From Acidihalobacter ferrooxydans (GTDB taxonomy: Bacteria; Pseudomonadota; Gammaproteobacteria; DSM-5130; Acidihalobacteraceae), in contig NZ_CP019434.1 in NCBI RefSeq assembly GCF_001975725.1, forward strand, positions 2,712,418 to 2,733,918: DNA of 21,501 nt. The letters run 5' to 3'. Below the pieces are notes generated by a model, which saw only the letters and a list, made by a program, of their open reading frames with translations, was not told the DNA's origin and did not search any database. Of this stretch, positions 7,182 through 15,027 are shown in pieces. Each line of letters begins with the position of its first letter. The first letter of the stretch is position 1. A program made the position numbers and the translations under genes.

Positions 7182-8899
7182 GCATACTTGGCCAACTTGA
7201 ACGCGCTGCGCAGGCACGCGCCAAAGCCTCAAGCGTTATCGACGCATTGGCCGACCGCGACGACCCGGAAACCGATGCAGCCGAAACGATGGACGCGTTC
7301 CAGGATTACGAGCGACTAGCGCAGGACGAACGGACGACCGAACCGCCCAAGCCCGAACAGGAACAGGGTGGCGCCGCAATCGAACGCCGAGCGCAGACCG
7401 TCGAACGGACCGGAAAGCCAAGCACGCCACCCGCGCCGCTGCCAACCGGGCTGCCACCTGTCGAGAAGTTCGATCTAGCGCTGTTGCCGGAAAGTCTAAG
7501 GGAAGCATGCGGTGACGCGGCCCATCGCATGCAATGCCCGCCCGATTTCGTCGCAGTTGGGTACATGGTGGCGGCGAGTTCCGCGGTTGGGCGCATCGTG
7601 GGCATCAAGCCAAAACGCCGTGACGACTGGCTTGTGGCGCCGAACCTTTGGGGCTGCGTCGTCGGCAGACCGTCCGCCCTGAAAACCCCCGCGCTTTCCG
7701 AAGCGCTGAGGCCGCTAAAGGCGCTTGAGGCCAAAGCGCGGGAGCAGTTCGCGAAGGAACGTCGGCAATTCGAGACCGCGCTTCAGTTGCACGAATTGAA
7801 AATGTCGAGTGATCGAAAAAAAGCAGCCGCCGCCATTGCCAAGGGTAACACCGCTGAGGCCGAAAACATTTTATTAGGGTCGGGAACAGAGCCTGAAGCG
7901 CCCACATGTCGGCGATTCATCGTCAACGACACCACGGTCGAAAAGTTGGGCGAATTGCTGGCCGAAAATCCGCGCGGGCTGCTGATGTTTAGAGACGAGC
8001 TAGCCGGGTGGTTTTCTTCACTCGACCGCGAATATGCGACGACTGACCGGGCTTTCTATCTTGAAGCGTTTAATGGAAGCGGCAGCTTCGTCTATGACAG
8101 AATCGGGCGCGGGACGGTTCACATTGAAGCGGCAACGGTGTCCTTACTGGGTGGAACGCAACCGGGACGACTGTCCGCGTATCTGCGCGGCGCGATTAAG
8201 GGCGGCGCAGGCGATGACGGGCTTGCGCAACGGCTTCAACTGTTGGTGTGGCCCGATCCGGTGAAATGGGAACACATCGATGAGTGGCCGAACGCTGACG
8301 CCAAGCGCGAGGTGGTTCGCGTGTTCGAGCACTTGGTTGATCTAAACCCGGAAGAGGCGGGGGCAACGAAAGTAGAGTACGACGCCATCCCTACACTGCG
8401 GTTCGACGACGGCGGCCAGGAGGCCTTTGACGGCTGGTACAACGCTCACATGAAGCGCCTGCGCGATGAGGACTTGCCGCCCTACCTTGAGAGTCACTTA
8501 GCAAAATACGCGAGCTTGATGCCTAGCTTGGCGCTGATCGACCACCTTTCATCGTTCCGAACTGGCCCCGTTACGGAGGAATCAGCGATTCGAGCCGCCG
8601 CGTGGTGTGAATACTTGGAGAGCCATGCCGTCCGGGCCTATTCGCCGATGGTGACGGGGGCCGTCACCGCTGCTGAGCGGCTGTTGAAAAAAATCAAAGC
8701 GGGCGAACTCGGCTCTGCATTTACGGCGCGGGATGTGTACCGGAAGTGCTGGTCAATGCTGACCGACATCGAAGATGTGCGCGAGGCCATCGATCTACTG
8801 GTGGATTATGGGTGGCTTGTCGCGCAATCCATCCCAACACGTGGGCGGTCGGCGACCATCTTCGAGGTGAGCCCTGCCGCATCCAAGGGGGGTGAATGA
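7178..8899 (+). CDS. DUF3987-like protein (putative primase-helicase/ATPase associated with mobile elements)
   Basis: 573 aa with PPDFVAVGYMVAASSAVGRIVGIKPKRRDDWLVAPNLWGCVVGRPSALKTPALSEAL, VEKLGELLAENPRGLLMFRDELAGWFSSLDR and GSGSFVYDRIGRGTVHIEAATVSLLGGTQPGRLSAYL. It overlaps the next ORF by 4 nt. Confidence 0.8.
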   Translation: MSILGQLERAAQARAKASSVIDALADRDDPETDAAETMDAFQDYERLAQDERTTEPPKPEQEQGGAAIERRAQTVERTGKPSTPPAPLPTGLPPVEKFDLALLPESLREACGDAAHRMQCPPDFVAVGYMVAASSAVGRIVGIKPKRRDDWLVAPNLWGCVVGRPSALKTPALSEALRPLKALEAKAREQFAKERRQFETALQLHELKMSSDRKKAAAAIAKGNTAEAENILLGSGTEPEAPTCRRFIVNDTTVEKLGELLAENPRGLLMFRDELAGWFSSLDREYATTDRAFYLEAFNGSGSFVYDRIGRGTVHIEAATVSLLGGTQPGRLSAYLRGAIKGGAGDDGLAQRLQLLVWPDPVKWEHIDEWPNADAKREVVRVFEHLVDLNPEEAGATKVEYDAIPTLRFDDGGQEAFDGWYNAHMKRLRDEDLPPYLESHLAKYASLMPSLALIDHLSSFRTGPVTEESAIRAAAWCEYLESHAVRAYSPMVTGAVTAAERLLKKIKAGELGSAFTARDVYRKCWSMLTDIEDVREAIDLLVDYGWLVAQSIPTRGRSATIFEVSPAASKGGE

Positions 8900-9405
8900 T
8901 GGGTCGGTACTTGGAAAAAATTCGCGAAAACGCCCAAAACCGCACTGACAAAACTGACAAAAGCCCCCTTGCCGCAACTTCTGTCAGTTCTGTCAGCGCC
9001 CAATCCGGCCATTTTCAGAAAAAAAACGAGGCCCCTCCGATTCATGGGATGACGGCGCACGAGGAAGCGAGCATCAGGGCCTGGTTGGCGTACATCGAGG
9101 AAACCGACCCTGCAATCGTCGCCGAGGTTCTGACCCGATGCCGCCGGATGCCTGACGCACGGGCCTACTTCCTGCGGCGGGCAAAAGAGGTTCCACAAAC
9201 AGAACCCGACCACGCGGTGACCTGCGGGGCCTGCCGACACTTCCAGCGGACCGAGCACCCGCACCTGGGGCATTGCGTCAGAGGCGAGCCGGAAGCAGCC
9301 GCTGGGCTTTGGGATAGTGACCGGCGCATGTGCCGTGTGTTCGAGCCTGTGGACCGCGACGAGAACCGACATTCTGGCAGGCAGGACCACCCCAAGCCCG
9401 CGTAA
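8896..9405 (+). CDS. Hypothetical protein with C-terminal Cys cluster
   Basis: 169 aa, start overlapping the DUF3987-like gene. C-terminus 'VTCGACRHFQRTEHPHLGHCVRGEPEAAAGLWDSDRRMCRVFEPV' gives a CxxC...C...C putative metal-binding cluster. The N-terminus contains a palindrome-encoded peptide. Confidence 0.7.
   Translation: MMGRYLEKIRENAQNRTDKTDKSPLAATSVSSVSAQSGHFQKKNEAPPIHGMTAHEEASIRAWLAYIEETDPAIVAEVLTRCRRMPDARAYFLRRAKEVPQTEPDHAVTCGACRHFQRTEHPHLGHCVRGEPEAAAGLWDSDRRMCRVFEPVDRDENRHSGRQDHPKPA
8942..8999. repeat. Palindromic repeat copy 1 (intragenic)
   Basis: Arms GCACTGACAAAACTGACAAAAG (8942-8963) and CTTCTGTCAGTTCTGTCAGCGC (8978-8999), imperfectly complementary, with a 14-nt loop. Confidence 0.85.
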
Positions 9406-9469
9406 CGACGCAGAGCGGATGACGCATTACGCCAAACCGGCACGAACTTACCATTACGGAGACTTACCA

Positions 9470-9883
9470 ATGGCAAAAAAAATCGTTACCCTTCAAACAC
9501 ATATGCGCCGCAAGGAGGCCGTCAAGCTGCGGCTGGCGGGCCTGAGCTACCGGCAGATTGGTGATCGGCTCGGCATTAGTCACGTTGCCGCGCTGAACCA
9601 TGTTCGCGCCGTGCTGGATGAACTTCGGTCTGAGACCGCCGAGACCGCCGAGCAGATTCGCCGAATCGAGTTAGAGCGCTTGGACTGCGCGACCGCGTTA
9701 GCCATGCGCATGATCGACCGGGGCGAGCTGGCCGGTATTGATCGGCTCATCAAGATTCAGGAACGGCGTGCCCGGTTGCTTGGATTGGATGCTGCCGAGC
9801 GGGTGGACGTTTCGACGCAGGAGATTCCGACCGTCATCATTGCCGAGCCGGTGAGTCCGCGACTGCCTGATACGAAGCACTGA
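9470..9883 (+). CDS. HTH protein resembling small terminase subunit / sigma region 4-like proteins
   Basis: 137 aa from ATG 9470: MAKKIVTLQTHMRRKEAVKLRLAGLSYRQIGDRLGISHVAALNHVRAVLDELR... then 'IRRIELERLDCATALAMRMIDRGELAGIDRLIKIQERRARLLGLDAAE', a motif resembling phage/plasmid small-terminase-like proteins. The start was chosen over 9317, which overlaps the upstream gene. Confidence 0.6.
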   Translation: MAKKIVTLQTHMRRKEAVKLRLAGLSYRQIGDRLGISHVAALNHVRAVLDELRSETAETAEQIRRIELERLDCATALAMRMIDRGELAGIDRLIKIQERRARLLGLDAAERVDVSTQEIPTVIIAEPVSPRLPDTKH

Positions 9884-9948
9884 TTGCTTGAATCTGCACC
9901 GGTGCCGAGTAGCGGATAATCACCGAGGAGAATTTTCCGGGAATGGCC

Positions 9949-10020
9949 GGAATGGGAACTGACAGAACTGACAAAAGTTCGATCCGGGTAACTTCTGTCA
10001 GTTCTGTCAGTTCCCATTCC
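9949..10020. repeat. Palindromic repeat copy 2 (intergenic, long hairpin)
   Basis: Arms GGAATGGGAACTGACAGAACTGACAAAAGTT (9949-9979) and AACTTCTGTCAGTTCTGTCAGTTCCCATTCC (9990-10020): 31-bp stem with one mismatch and a 10-nt loop. It extends imperfectly to 9933-10036. Confidence 0.95.
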
Positions 10021-10182
10021 AAGCATTTCCGTAAAACACGCCCCGGTAGCCATCCGGCACCATTCGCCGCCTAGACGCATTTTGCGTACACCGTACAAGG
10101 CGAATGCCCGCCAGCCGTACCCTAGCCTACCTTTCGCGTGATAGGCCCACAGACACCCCGCTACGGCGGTCTGGCGGCCTGT

Positions 10183-10199
10183 TTGTCGGCAACCGACAA
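10183..10199. repeat. Short perfect hairpin
   Basis: TTGTCGG-CAA-CCGACAA. Confidence 0.7.
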
Positions 10200-10251
10200 G
10201 GATTGCTTGATAGCCATTCAGCGCCGCGCCTGACCGGGTGGGCGGACAGCG

Positions 10252-10291
10252 ACCAAGGGCTTGCACGGGCTTAAACGAAACAGCCCTTGGT
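10252..10291. repeat. Inverted repeat near the attR end
   Basis: ACCAAGGGCT (10252-10261) and AGCCCTTGGT (10282-10291), perfect 10-bp arms. Confidence 0.7.
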
Positions 10292-10299
10292 GGCGTTCA

Positions 10300-10320
10300 A
10301 TTGGCAACAAATTGGCAACA
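10300..10320 (+). promoter_or_regulatory. Candidate integrase arm-type sites, 2 x ATTGGCAACA at 11-bp spacing
   Basis: ATTGGCAACA at 10300-10309 and 10311-10320, matching the triplet near attL. Confidence 0.6.
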
Positions 10321-10378
10321 AATCCGCGTTTTCGTCTAGTGGGCGATGCCTCGCAATGCTCTAAGTCCTTGTTTTAAT

Positions 10379-10455
10379 TGGCGCGCCCGGAAGGATTCGA
10401 ACCTCCGACCACCTGGTTCGTAGCCAGGTACTCTATCCAACTGAGCTACGGGCGC
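10379..10455 (-). tRNA. tRNA-Arg (ACG)
   Basis: Reverse complement GCGCCCGTAGCTCAGTTGGATAGAGTACCTGGCTACGAACCAGGTGGTCGGAGGTTCGAATCCTTCCGGGCGCGCCA folds as a full cloverleaf with encoded CCA and anticodon loop CTACGAA. Confidence 0.96.
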
Positions 10456-10515
10456 TCTGAGCTGCGGGATTATCCTTATGCCTTGCCGGATCGTCAAGAG
10501 CGAACAGAATAAATA

Positions 10516-10606
10516 TGGCGGAGAGAGAGGGATTCGAACCCTCGATACGGGGTTACCGTATACACACTTTCCAGGCGTGCTCCTTCAACCACTCGGACAT
10601 CTCTCC
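10516..10606 (-). tRNA. tRNA-Ser (GGA)
   Basis: Reverse complement GGAGAGATGTCCGAGTGGTTGAAGGAGCACGCCTGGAAAGTGTGTATACGG...CGAGGGTTCGAATCCCTCTCTCTCCGCCA, with long variable arm, anticodon GGA and encoded CCA. Confidence 0.96.
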
Positions 10607-10738
10607 GGAACTGCGATCGTGCTCGTGCTGACGCCCATAGAGCAGCGGGCGAACAAGGCCGCAAAGGTTACCGGACTTACGCAAAAGTGTAAATCAAAAG
10701 GGCGTGGTTCATGGCCGCGGCAACGAATGGTTTTCGCG

Positions 10739-11659
10739 CTACCCAACTGCCCATGACATCATTCGTCGCGGCGCGATACGTCCGTCGTCCAGGGTTTCAC
10801 CGATACCCATGAATCCTGCCGGGCTGTAGAGACGGACACGCTTCTCGCCGGGCGCATGCGGCACCCACACCGCCTGGCCCTGGCGGATGTAACGCGCAGC
10901 ATCCATCGTCAGCTCAACAGCCGGCCAACGCGCTAACGCGGCATCCACGGGAATCAGCAATGCATCGCGCGCAGCCGCGTCCATCTGCTCCAGTTCGGCC
11001 AGCGTATGCATCGTTGGGGTGTCGAACGGTTGCACGCCCAAACGACGTAGCGATGTAACGTGTGCGCCACAGCCCAGAGACTCGCCGAGATCGTCGACCA
11101 GCGTGCGCACGTAGGTACCGCTGGAGCAGACGATATCGAATTCGAGCTCGTCACCGTCTCTGGTCAGCAGATCGTATCGAGCGATATGCACACGCCGCGA
11201 CTTGCGTTCGACTTCCTCGCCTTGCCGCGCCAGTTCATACAAGCGCTTGCCTTGATGTTTGAGCGCCGAATACATCGGTGGAATCTGCTCGATGTCGCCT
11301 CGCAACGGTGACAGCGCGCGCTCGATAGCAGCTGCGTCGATACTTGCCGGAACCGTTCGCGTTTCAGTGATTGCCCCCGCCGCATCGCCGCTATCGGTCC
11401 GCACGCCGAGGCGACAGTGCGCGCGGTAGCGTTTGTCCGCTTCCAGCAGGTAGGAGGAAATTTTGGTCGCTTCGCCAAAGCACAGCGGCAGCAGGCCGGT
11501 CGCAAGCGGGTCGAGGCTACCCGTATGTCCAGCCTTGTTGGCATTGAACAGGCGCTTGGCCGCTTGCAGGGCCTGATTGGAGCTGGGGCCTAACGGCTTG
11601 TCGAGCAATAACACGCCATGCACGTCGCGTCGCCGCGGCCTGCGCTGTGGTGTTGACAT
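10739..11659 (-). CDS. truB: tRNA pseudouridine(55) synthase TruB
   Basis: 306 aa with DVHGVLLLDKPLGPSSNQALQAAKRLFNANKAGHTGSLDPLATGLLPLCFGEATK and VRTDSGDAAG; position after rbfA. Confidence 0.96.
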   Translation of the reverse strand: MSTPQRRPRRRDVHGVLLLDKPLGPSSNQALQAAKRLFNANKAGHTGSLDPLATGLLPLCFGEATKISSYLLEADKRYRAHCRLGVRTDSGDAAGAITETRTVPASIDAAAIERALSPLRGDIEQIPPMYSALKHQGKRLYELARQGEEVERKSRRVHIARYDLLTRDGDELEFDIVCSSGTYVRTLVDDLGESLGCGAHVTSLRRLGVQPFDTPTMHTLAELEQMDAAARDALLIPVDAALARWPAVELTMDAARYIRQGQAVWVPHAPGEKRVRLYSPAGFMGIGETLDDGRIAPRRMMSWAVG

Positions 11660-11665
11660 GGACTA

Positions 11666-12040
11666 TCAATCCTCGGAGTGGCGTTCGCGGTCTTGGCGCA
11701 GGGCCTTCGCAATGAGCGCATCGAGCCGATCCCCATGCGCCTGGCTATCGTCGTAAACGAAACGCAATTCGGGCACGATCCGCAGTCTCATGCGCCGGCC
11801 GAGCTCACGGCGCAGAAAACCAGAGGCGCGACGCAGCGCGGATTCGCTCGCCGTCCGCGCCGCATCATCACCCAGCACCGTAAAATACACTCGCGCATAG
11901 GCGAGATCCCTGGAGACCTCGACATCGCCCAGCGTGATCATGCCGACGCCGGGGTCCTTGAGTTCCGTGCGAATGAGTACCGCCAACTCGCGATGGATCT
12001 GCTCACCGACGCGCAGCGCGCGGGAAAACTCTCGTGGCAT
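11666..12040 (-). CDS. rbfA: 30S ribosome-binding factor RbfA
   Basis: 124 aa with MPREFSRALRVGEQIHRELAVLIRTELKDPGVGMITLGDVEVSRDLAYARVYFTVLG...RRMRLRIVPELRFVYDDS; between infB and truB. Confidence 0.95.
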   Translation of the reverse strand: MPREFSRALRVGEQIHRELAVLIRTELKDPGVGMITLGDVEVSRDLAYARVYFTVLGDDAARTASESALRRASGFLRRELGRRMRLRIVPELRFVYDDSQAHGDRLDALIAKALRQDRERHSED

Positions 12041-12061
12041 GCCTGTGTCCTGTTGCCCGCT

Positions 12062-14881
12062 CTAAAGCGTGCGGGCGACTTCAACCCGCTCGTAGACTTC
12101 GATCTGATCGCCGGGGCGCACGTCATTGTAGTTCTTGACCGCGATACCGCATTCGGTGCCGACCTTAACTTCGTTGACGTCATCCTTGAAACGACGCAGC
12201 GACTCCAGTTCGCCTTCGAAAACCACCACGTTGTCGCGCAGTACACGAATCGGGTTACCGCGACGTACCGCACCCTCGACGACCAGACAGCCGGCCACCG
12301 CGCCGAGACGCGAGGAACGGAACACATCGCGCACCTCCGCGAGACCGACGATCTGCTCGCGCATCTCAGGCGAGAGCAATCCCGTCAGCGCCTGCTTGAC
12401 GTCATCGATGACCTCATATATCACGCTGTAATAGCGTAGATCGACGTCCTTATCGGCAGCCAGCCGGCGCGCTGCCGCGTCGGCACGAACGTTAAAGCCA
12501 ATGACGATCGCATCGGACGCCAGCGCCAGATTGATGTCGGACTCGGCGATGCCACCCACGCCGGAGGAAACGATCTTGACTACCACCTCGTCCGTGGACA
12601 GTTTTTGCAGCGCATCGCGCAGCGCCTCGGCACTGCCCTGCACGTCGGCCTTGACCAGCAGGTTGACAGCCTGTACCGCACCGTCCTGCATCTGTGTGAA
12701 CAGGTTTTCGAGCTTGGCCGCCTGCTGACTGGCAAGCTTGCTCTCGCGGAACTTGCCTCGGCGGAATTCGGCCACCTCGCGCACCTTGCGCTCATCGGGC
12801 ACGACGAGCACGTCGTCGCCCGCGTTCGGCGTACCGGATAGCCCAAGCACCTGCACCGGAATCGACGGACCCGCTTCGAGCACTTCCTGGCCATTTTCAT
12901 CGAACATCGCGCGCACGCGACCGAATTCCTGACCGGTCAGCAGCATGTCGCCACGCTTGAGAACCCCCTTCTGTACGAGCACGGTGGCCACCGGACCACG
13001 TCCCTTGTCCAGACTCGACTCGACTACCACGCCCGACGCCGGGCCATGGTCGGGGGCTTTGAGTTCCAGCACTTCGGCTTGGAGCAATATGCTGTCGAGC
13101 AGATCATCCACCCCATCGCCGGTCTTGGCCGAGACGGGGATAAACTGGGTATCACCACCCCAGTCTTCGGATATCACCTCGTACTGCGACAGCTCGTTCT
13201 TCACGCGGTCCGGATCGGCGTCGGGTTTGTCCATCTTGTTCACCGCGACGACCAGCGGCACGTTCGCCGCACGCGCATGCTGCACCGCCTCCACGGTCTG
13301 CGGCATGACACCATCGTCAGCGGCCACCACAAGCACCACCACGTCAGTCGCCTGCGCGCCACGCGCACGCATTGCAGTGAACGCGGCGTGGCCCGGTGTG
13401 TCGAGGAAGGTCAGACCGCCGCGCGGCGTCGTCACATGATAGGCACCAATGTGCTGTGTAATGCCACCGGCCTCGCCCGCCGCCACCTTGGCACGCCGAA
13501 TATAGTCCAGCAACGAGGTCTTGCCGTGATCAACGTGACCCATGATGGTGACCACCGGCGGCCGCGCGACTTCTTCGCGATGCTCGTCCGTGATTTCCAT
13601 ATCCAGGCCCTGCTCGATATCCGCATCCGAGACCGGCTTGGCAATATGCCCAAGCTCCTCGACCACCAGCGTCGCAGTATCCTGATCGATGTTCTGGTTG
13701 ATGGTCGCCATCACGCCCATGCTCATCAGCGCCTTGATGACTGCCGGAGCCTTGATCGCCATGCGCTGCGCCAGATCACCCACGGTGATCGTCTCCGGCA
13801 CCTGGACCTCGTGGACGATTGGCGCAGTGGGCATCTCGAAGCCGTGCTTGGAAGGCCCTTCCGCAGACACGCGTGCGCGCTTGCCCTTGAGCGCCTTGCC
13901 GCGGCGCCCGCGCTTGTCGCTCGCCACATGCAGCTCGGTGCGTGCAGAGCCATTATTGCCCGCATCGCCACGCCCCTTGACACGACCCTTGGCGGCCTTG
14001 CCGCGTCCGCGCCCGGCATCATCGGGCTGCTGGCTACGGCGAAGCTCTTCTTCGGCCTGCCGACGGGCCTGCTCTGCTTCTCGCCGCTCGGTTTCCTGCT
14101 TGCGCTTTTCTTCCGCCAGCTTGCGTTGGCGCTCGGTTTCCTGACGTTCTTCCACGGCCTTGCGACGCGCTTCGTCCAGCCGACGACGATCTTCTTCGAG
14201 CTGCTTGGCCAGCTGGGCGGACTTGTTGGTCAGCGCGTTGAATTCTTCGTCTTTGCGTATCTGCGCGGCGGCAGCACGCTCCTCGGCTTCAATCTCTTCC
14301 GCGGTGGGCGCAACTGGCGCGGTCGGCGCAGCGTCAGCCGCCGCGACCGACTCGACCTCAGGTTCCGGCTCCGCTTCCGGCTCGGGCGTCGGCTCAGGAG
14401 TCGGTGACGGCTCGATCTCAGGATCGGTCACGGCTGGCGCCTCACTCACAGGCACTTCACTCACAGAGGTTTCAGTCGCCTGCATTTCGACCGTAGGTGC
14501 AGGGGCCGTACTGCCAGTATCGACCGGCGTCTCGGCTTGCGGCGCCTCAACTTCAGTTTCAGGCGCTTCTTCAGCCGCCACACGGCGCTCGTACACGCGC
14601 TTCTTGCGCACTTCGACGCTCACCGTCTTGGCACGCCCCTGTGCGCCGCCGACCTTAAGCTCAGTGGTGCTGCGGCGGCGCAGCGTGACCCGCTGACGCG
14701 GTTCACTGTCACCGTGTCCGCGCGACTTGCGCAGGTACTCCAGCAGCTGCATTTTCTCTTCTTCGCTCACGGCATGATCGGGCCCGCTGGCCCCGATACC
14801 CGCCTCCTTGAGCTGTTCGAGAAGACGCTCGACGGGCGTCCCGACGGTTTCGGATAGCTGCTTAACTGTCACCGTACTCAT
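12062..14881 (-). CDS. infB: Translation initiation factor IF-2
   Basis: 939 aa from ATG 14881 ([29 protein letters not shown]...). G motifs [27 protein letters not shown] and [10 protein letters not shown]. The track's longer start at 15010 adds a non-conserved N-terminus. Confidence 0.96.
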   Translation of the reverse strand: MSTVTVKQLSETVGTPVERLLEQLKEAGIGASGPDHAVSEEEKMQLLEYLRKSRGHGDSEPRQRVTLRRRSTTELKVGGAQGRAKTVSVEVRKKRVYERRVAAEEAPETEVEAPQAETPVDTGSTAPAPTVEMQATETSVSEVPVSEAPAVTDPEIEPSPTPEPTPEPEAEPEPEVESVAAADAAPTAPVAPTAEEIEAEERAAAAQIRKDEEFNALTNKSAQLAKQLEEDRRRLDEARRKAVEERQETERQRKLAEEKRKQETERREAEQARRQAEEELRRSQQPDDAGRGRGKAAKGRVKGRGDAGNNGSARTELHVASDKRGRRGKALKGKRARVSAEGPSKHGFEMPTAPIVHEVQVPETITVGDLAQRMAIKAPAVIKALMSMGVMATINQNIDQDTATLVVEELGHIAKPVSDADIEQGLDMEITDEHREEVARPPVVTIMGHVDHGKTSLLDYIRRAKVAAGEAGGITQHIGAYHVTTPRGGLTFLDTPGHAAFTAMRARGAQATDVVVLVVAADDGVMPQTVEAVQHARAANVPLVVAVNKMDKPDADPDRVKNELSQYEVISEDWGGDTQFIPVSAKTGDGVDDLLDSILLQAEVLELKAPDHGPASGVVVESSLDKGRGPVATVLVQKGVLKRGDMLLTGQEFGRVRAMFDENGQEVLEAGPSIPVQVLGLSGTPNAGDDVLVVPDERKVREVAEFRRGKFRESKLASQQAAKLENLFTQMQDGAVQAVNLLVKADVQGSAEALRDALQKLSTDEVVVKIVSSGVGGIAESDINLALASDAIVIGFNVRADAAARRLAADKDVDLRYYSVIYEVIDDVKQALTGLLSPEMREQIVGLAEVRDVFRSSRLGAVAGCLVVEGAVRRGNPIRVLRDNVVVFEGELESLRRFKDDVNEVKVGTECGIAVKNYNDVRPGDQIEVYERVEVARTL

Positions 14882-15027
14882 CTCGGTCACCTCTTCATAT
14901 TCGTACATACTACGTGGACATTCCACGCCGGGCGGCCAGGTCGTCATTGACCCACTGCATCGCTCGCGCCGCACGCCGCCCGTCTGCGATGACCAGCCTG
15001 CGGTCACCACGCAAAAATTCCCGCTGA

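Larger units (their letters stand above)
4190..10423. mobile_element. tRNA-Arg-integrated element (attL 4190-4234, attR 10379-10423)
   Basis: Perfect 45-bp direct repeat TGGCGCGCCCGGAAGGATTCGAACCTCCGACCACCTGGTTCGTAG, corresponding to the 3' part of the tRNA-Arg gene through its anticodon loop. A tyrosine integrase gene sits at one end and replication/regulation-type genes lie between. Confidence 0.92.

Noticed and set aside
9757-10266. 169-aa minus-strand ORF across the palindrome
   Set aside because: Crosses the terminus of 9470-9883 and the structured non-coding DNA; no domain signal except the palindrome-encoded SVSSVS peptide. Treated as non-coding but noted in the palindrome finding.
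4235-10378. CRISPR array, toxin-antitoxin pair or anti-phage defence genes in the island
   Set aside because: No regularly spaced repeats with unique spacers and no recognisable toxin or defence effector motifs; the HicB-like resemblance is weak and lacks a HicA partner.
13046-14407. 453-aa + strand ORF opposite infB
   Set aside because: Antisense of the well-supported infB reading frame; His/Arg-rich composition typical of antisense high-GC ORFs.
14340-14420. Repetitive GC-rich tract ([16 protein letters not shown] coding) considered as a tandem repeat locus
   Set aside because: It encodes the normal variable low-complexity linker in the N-terminal part of IF-2.
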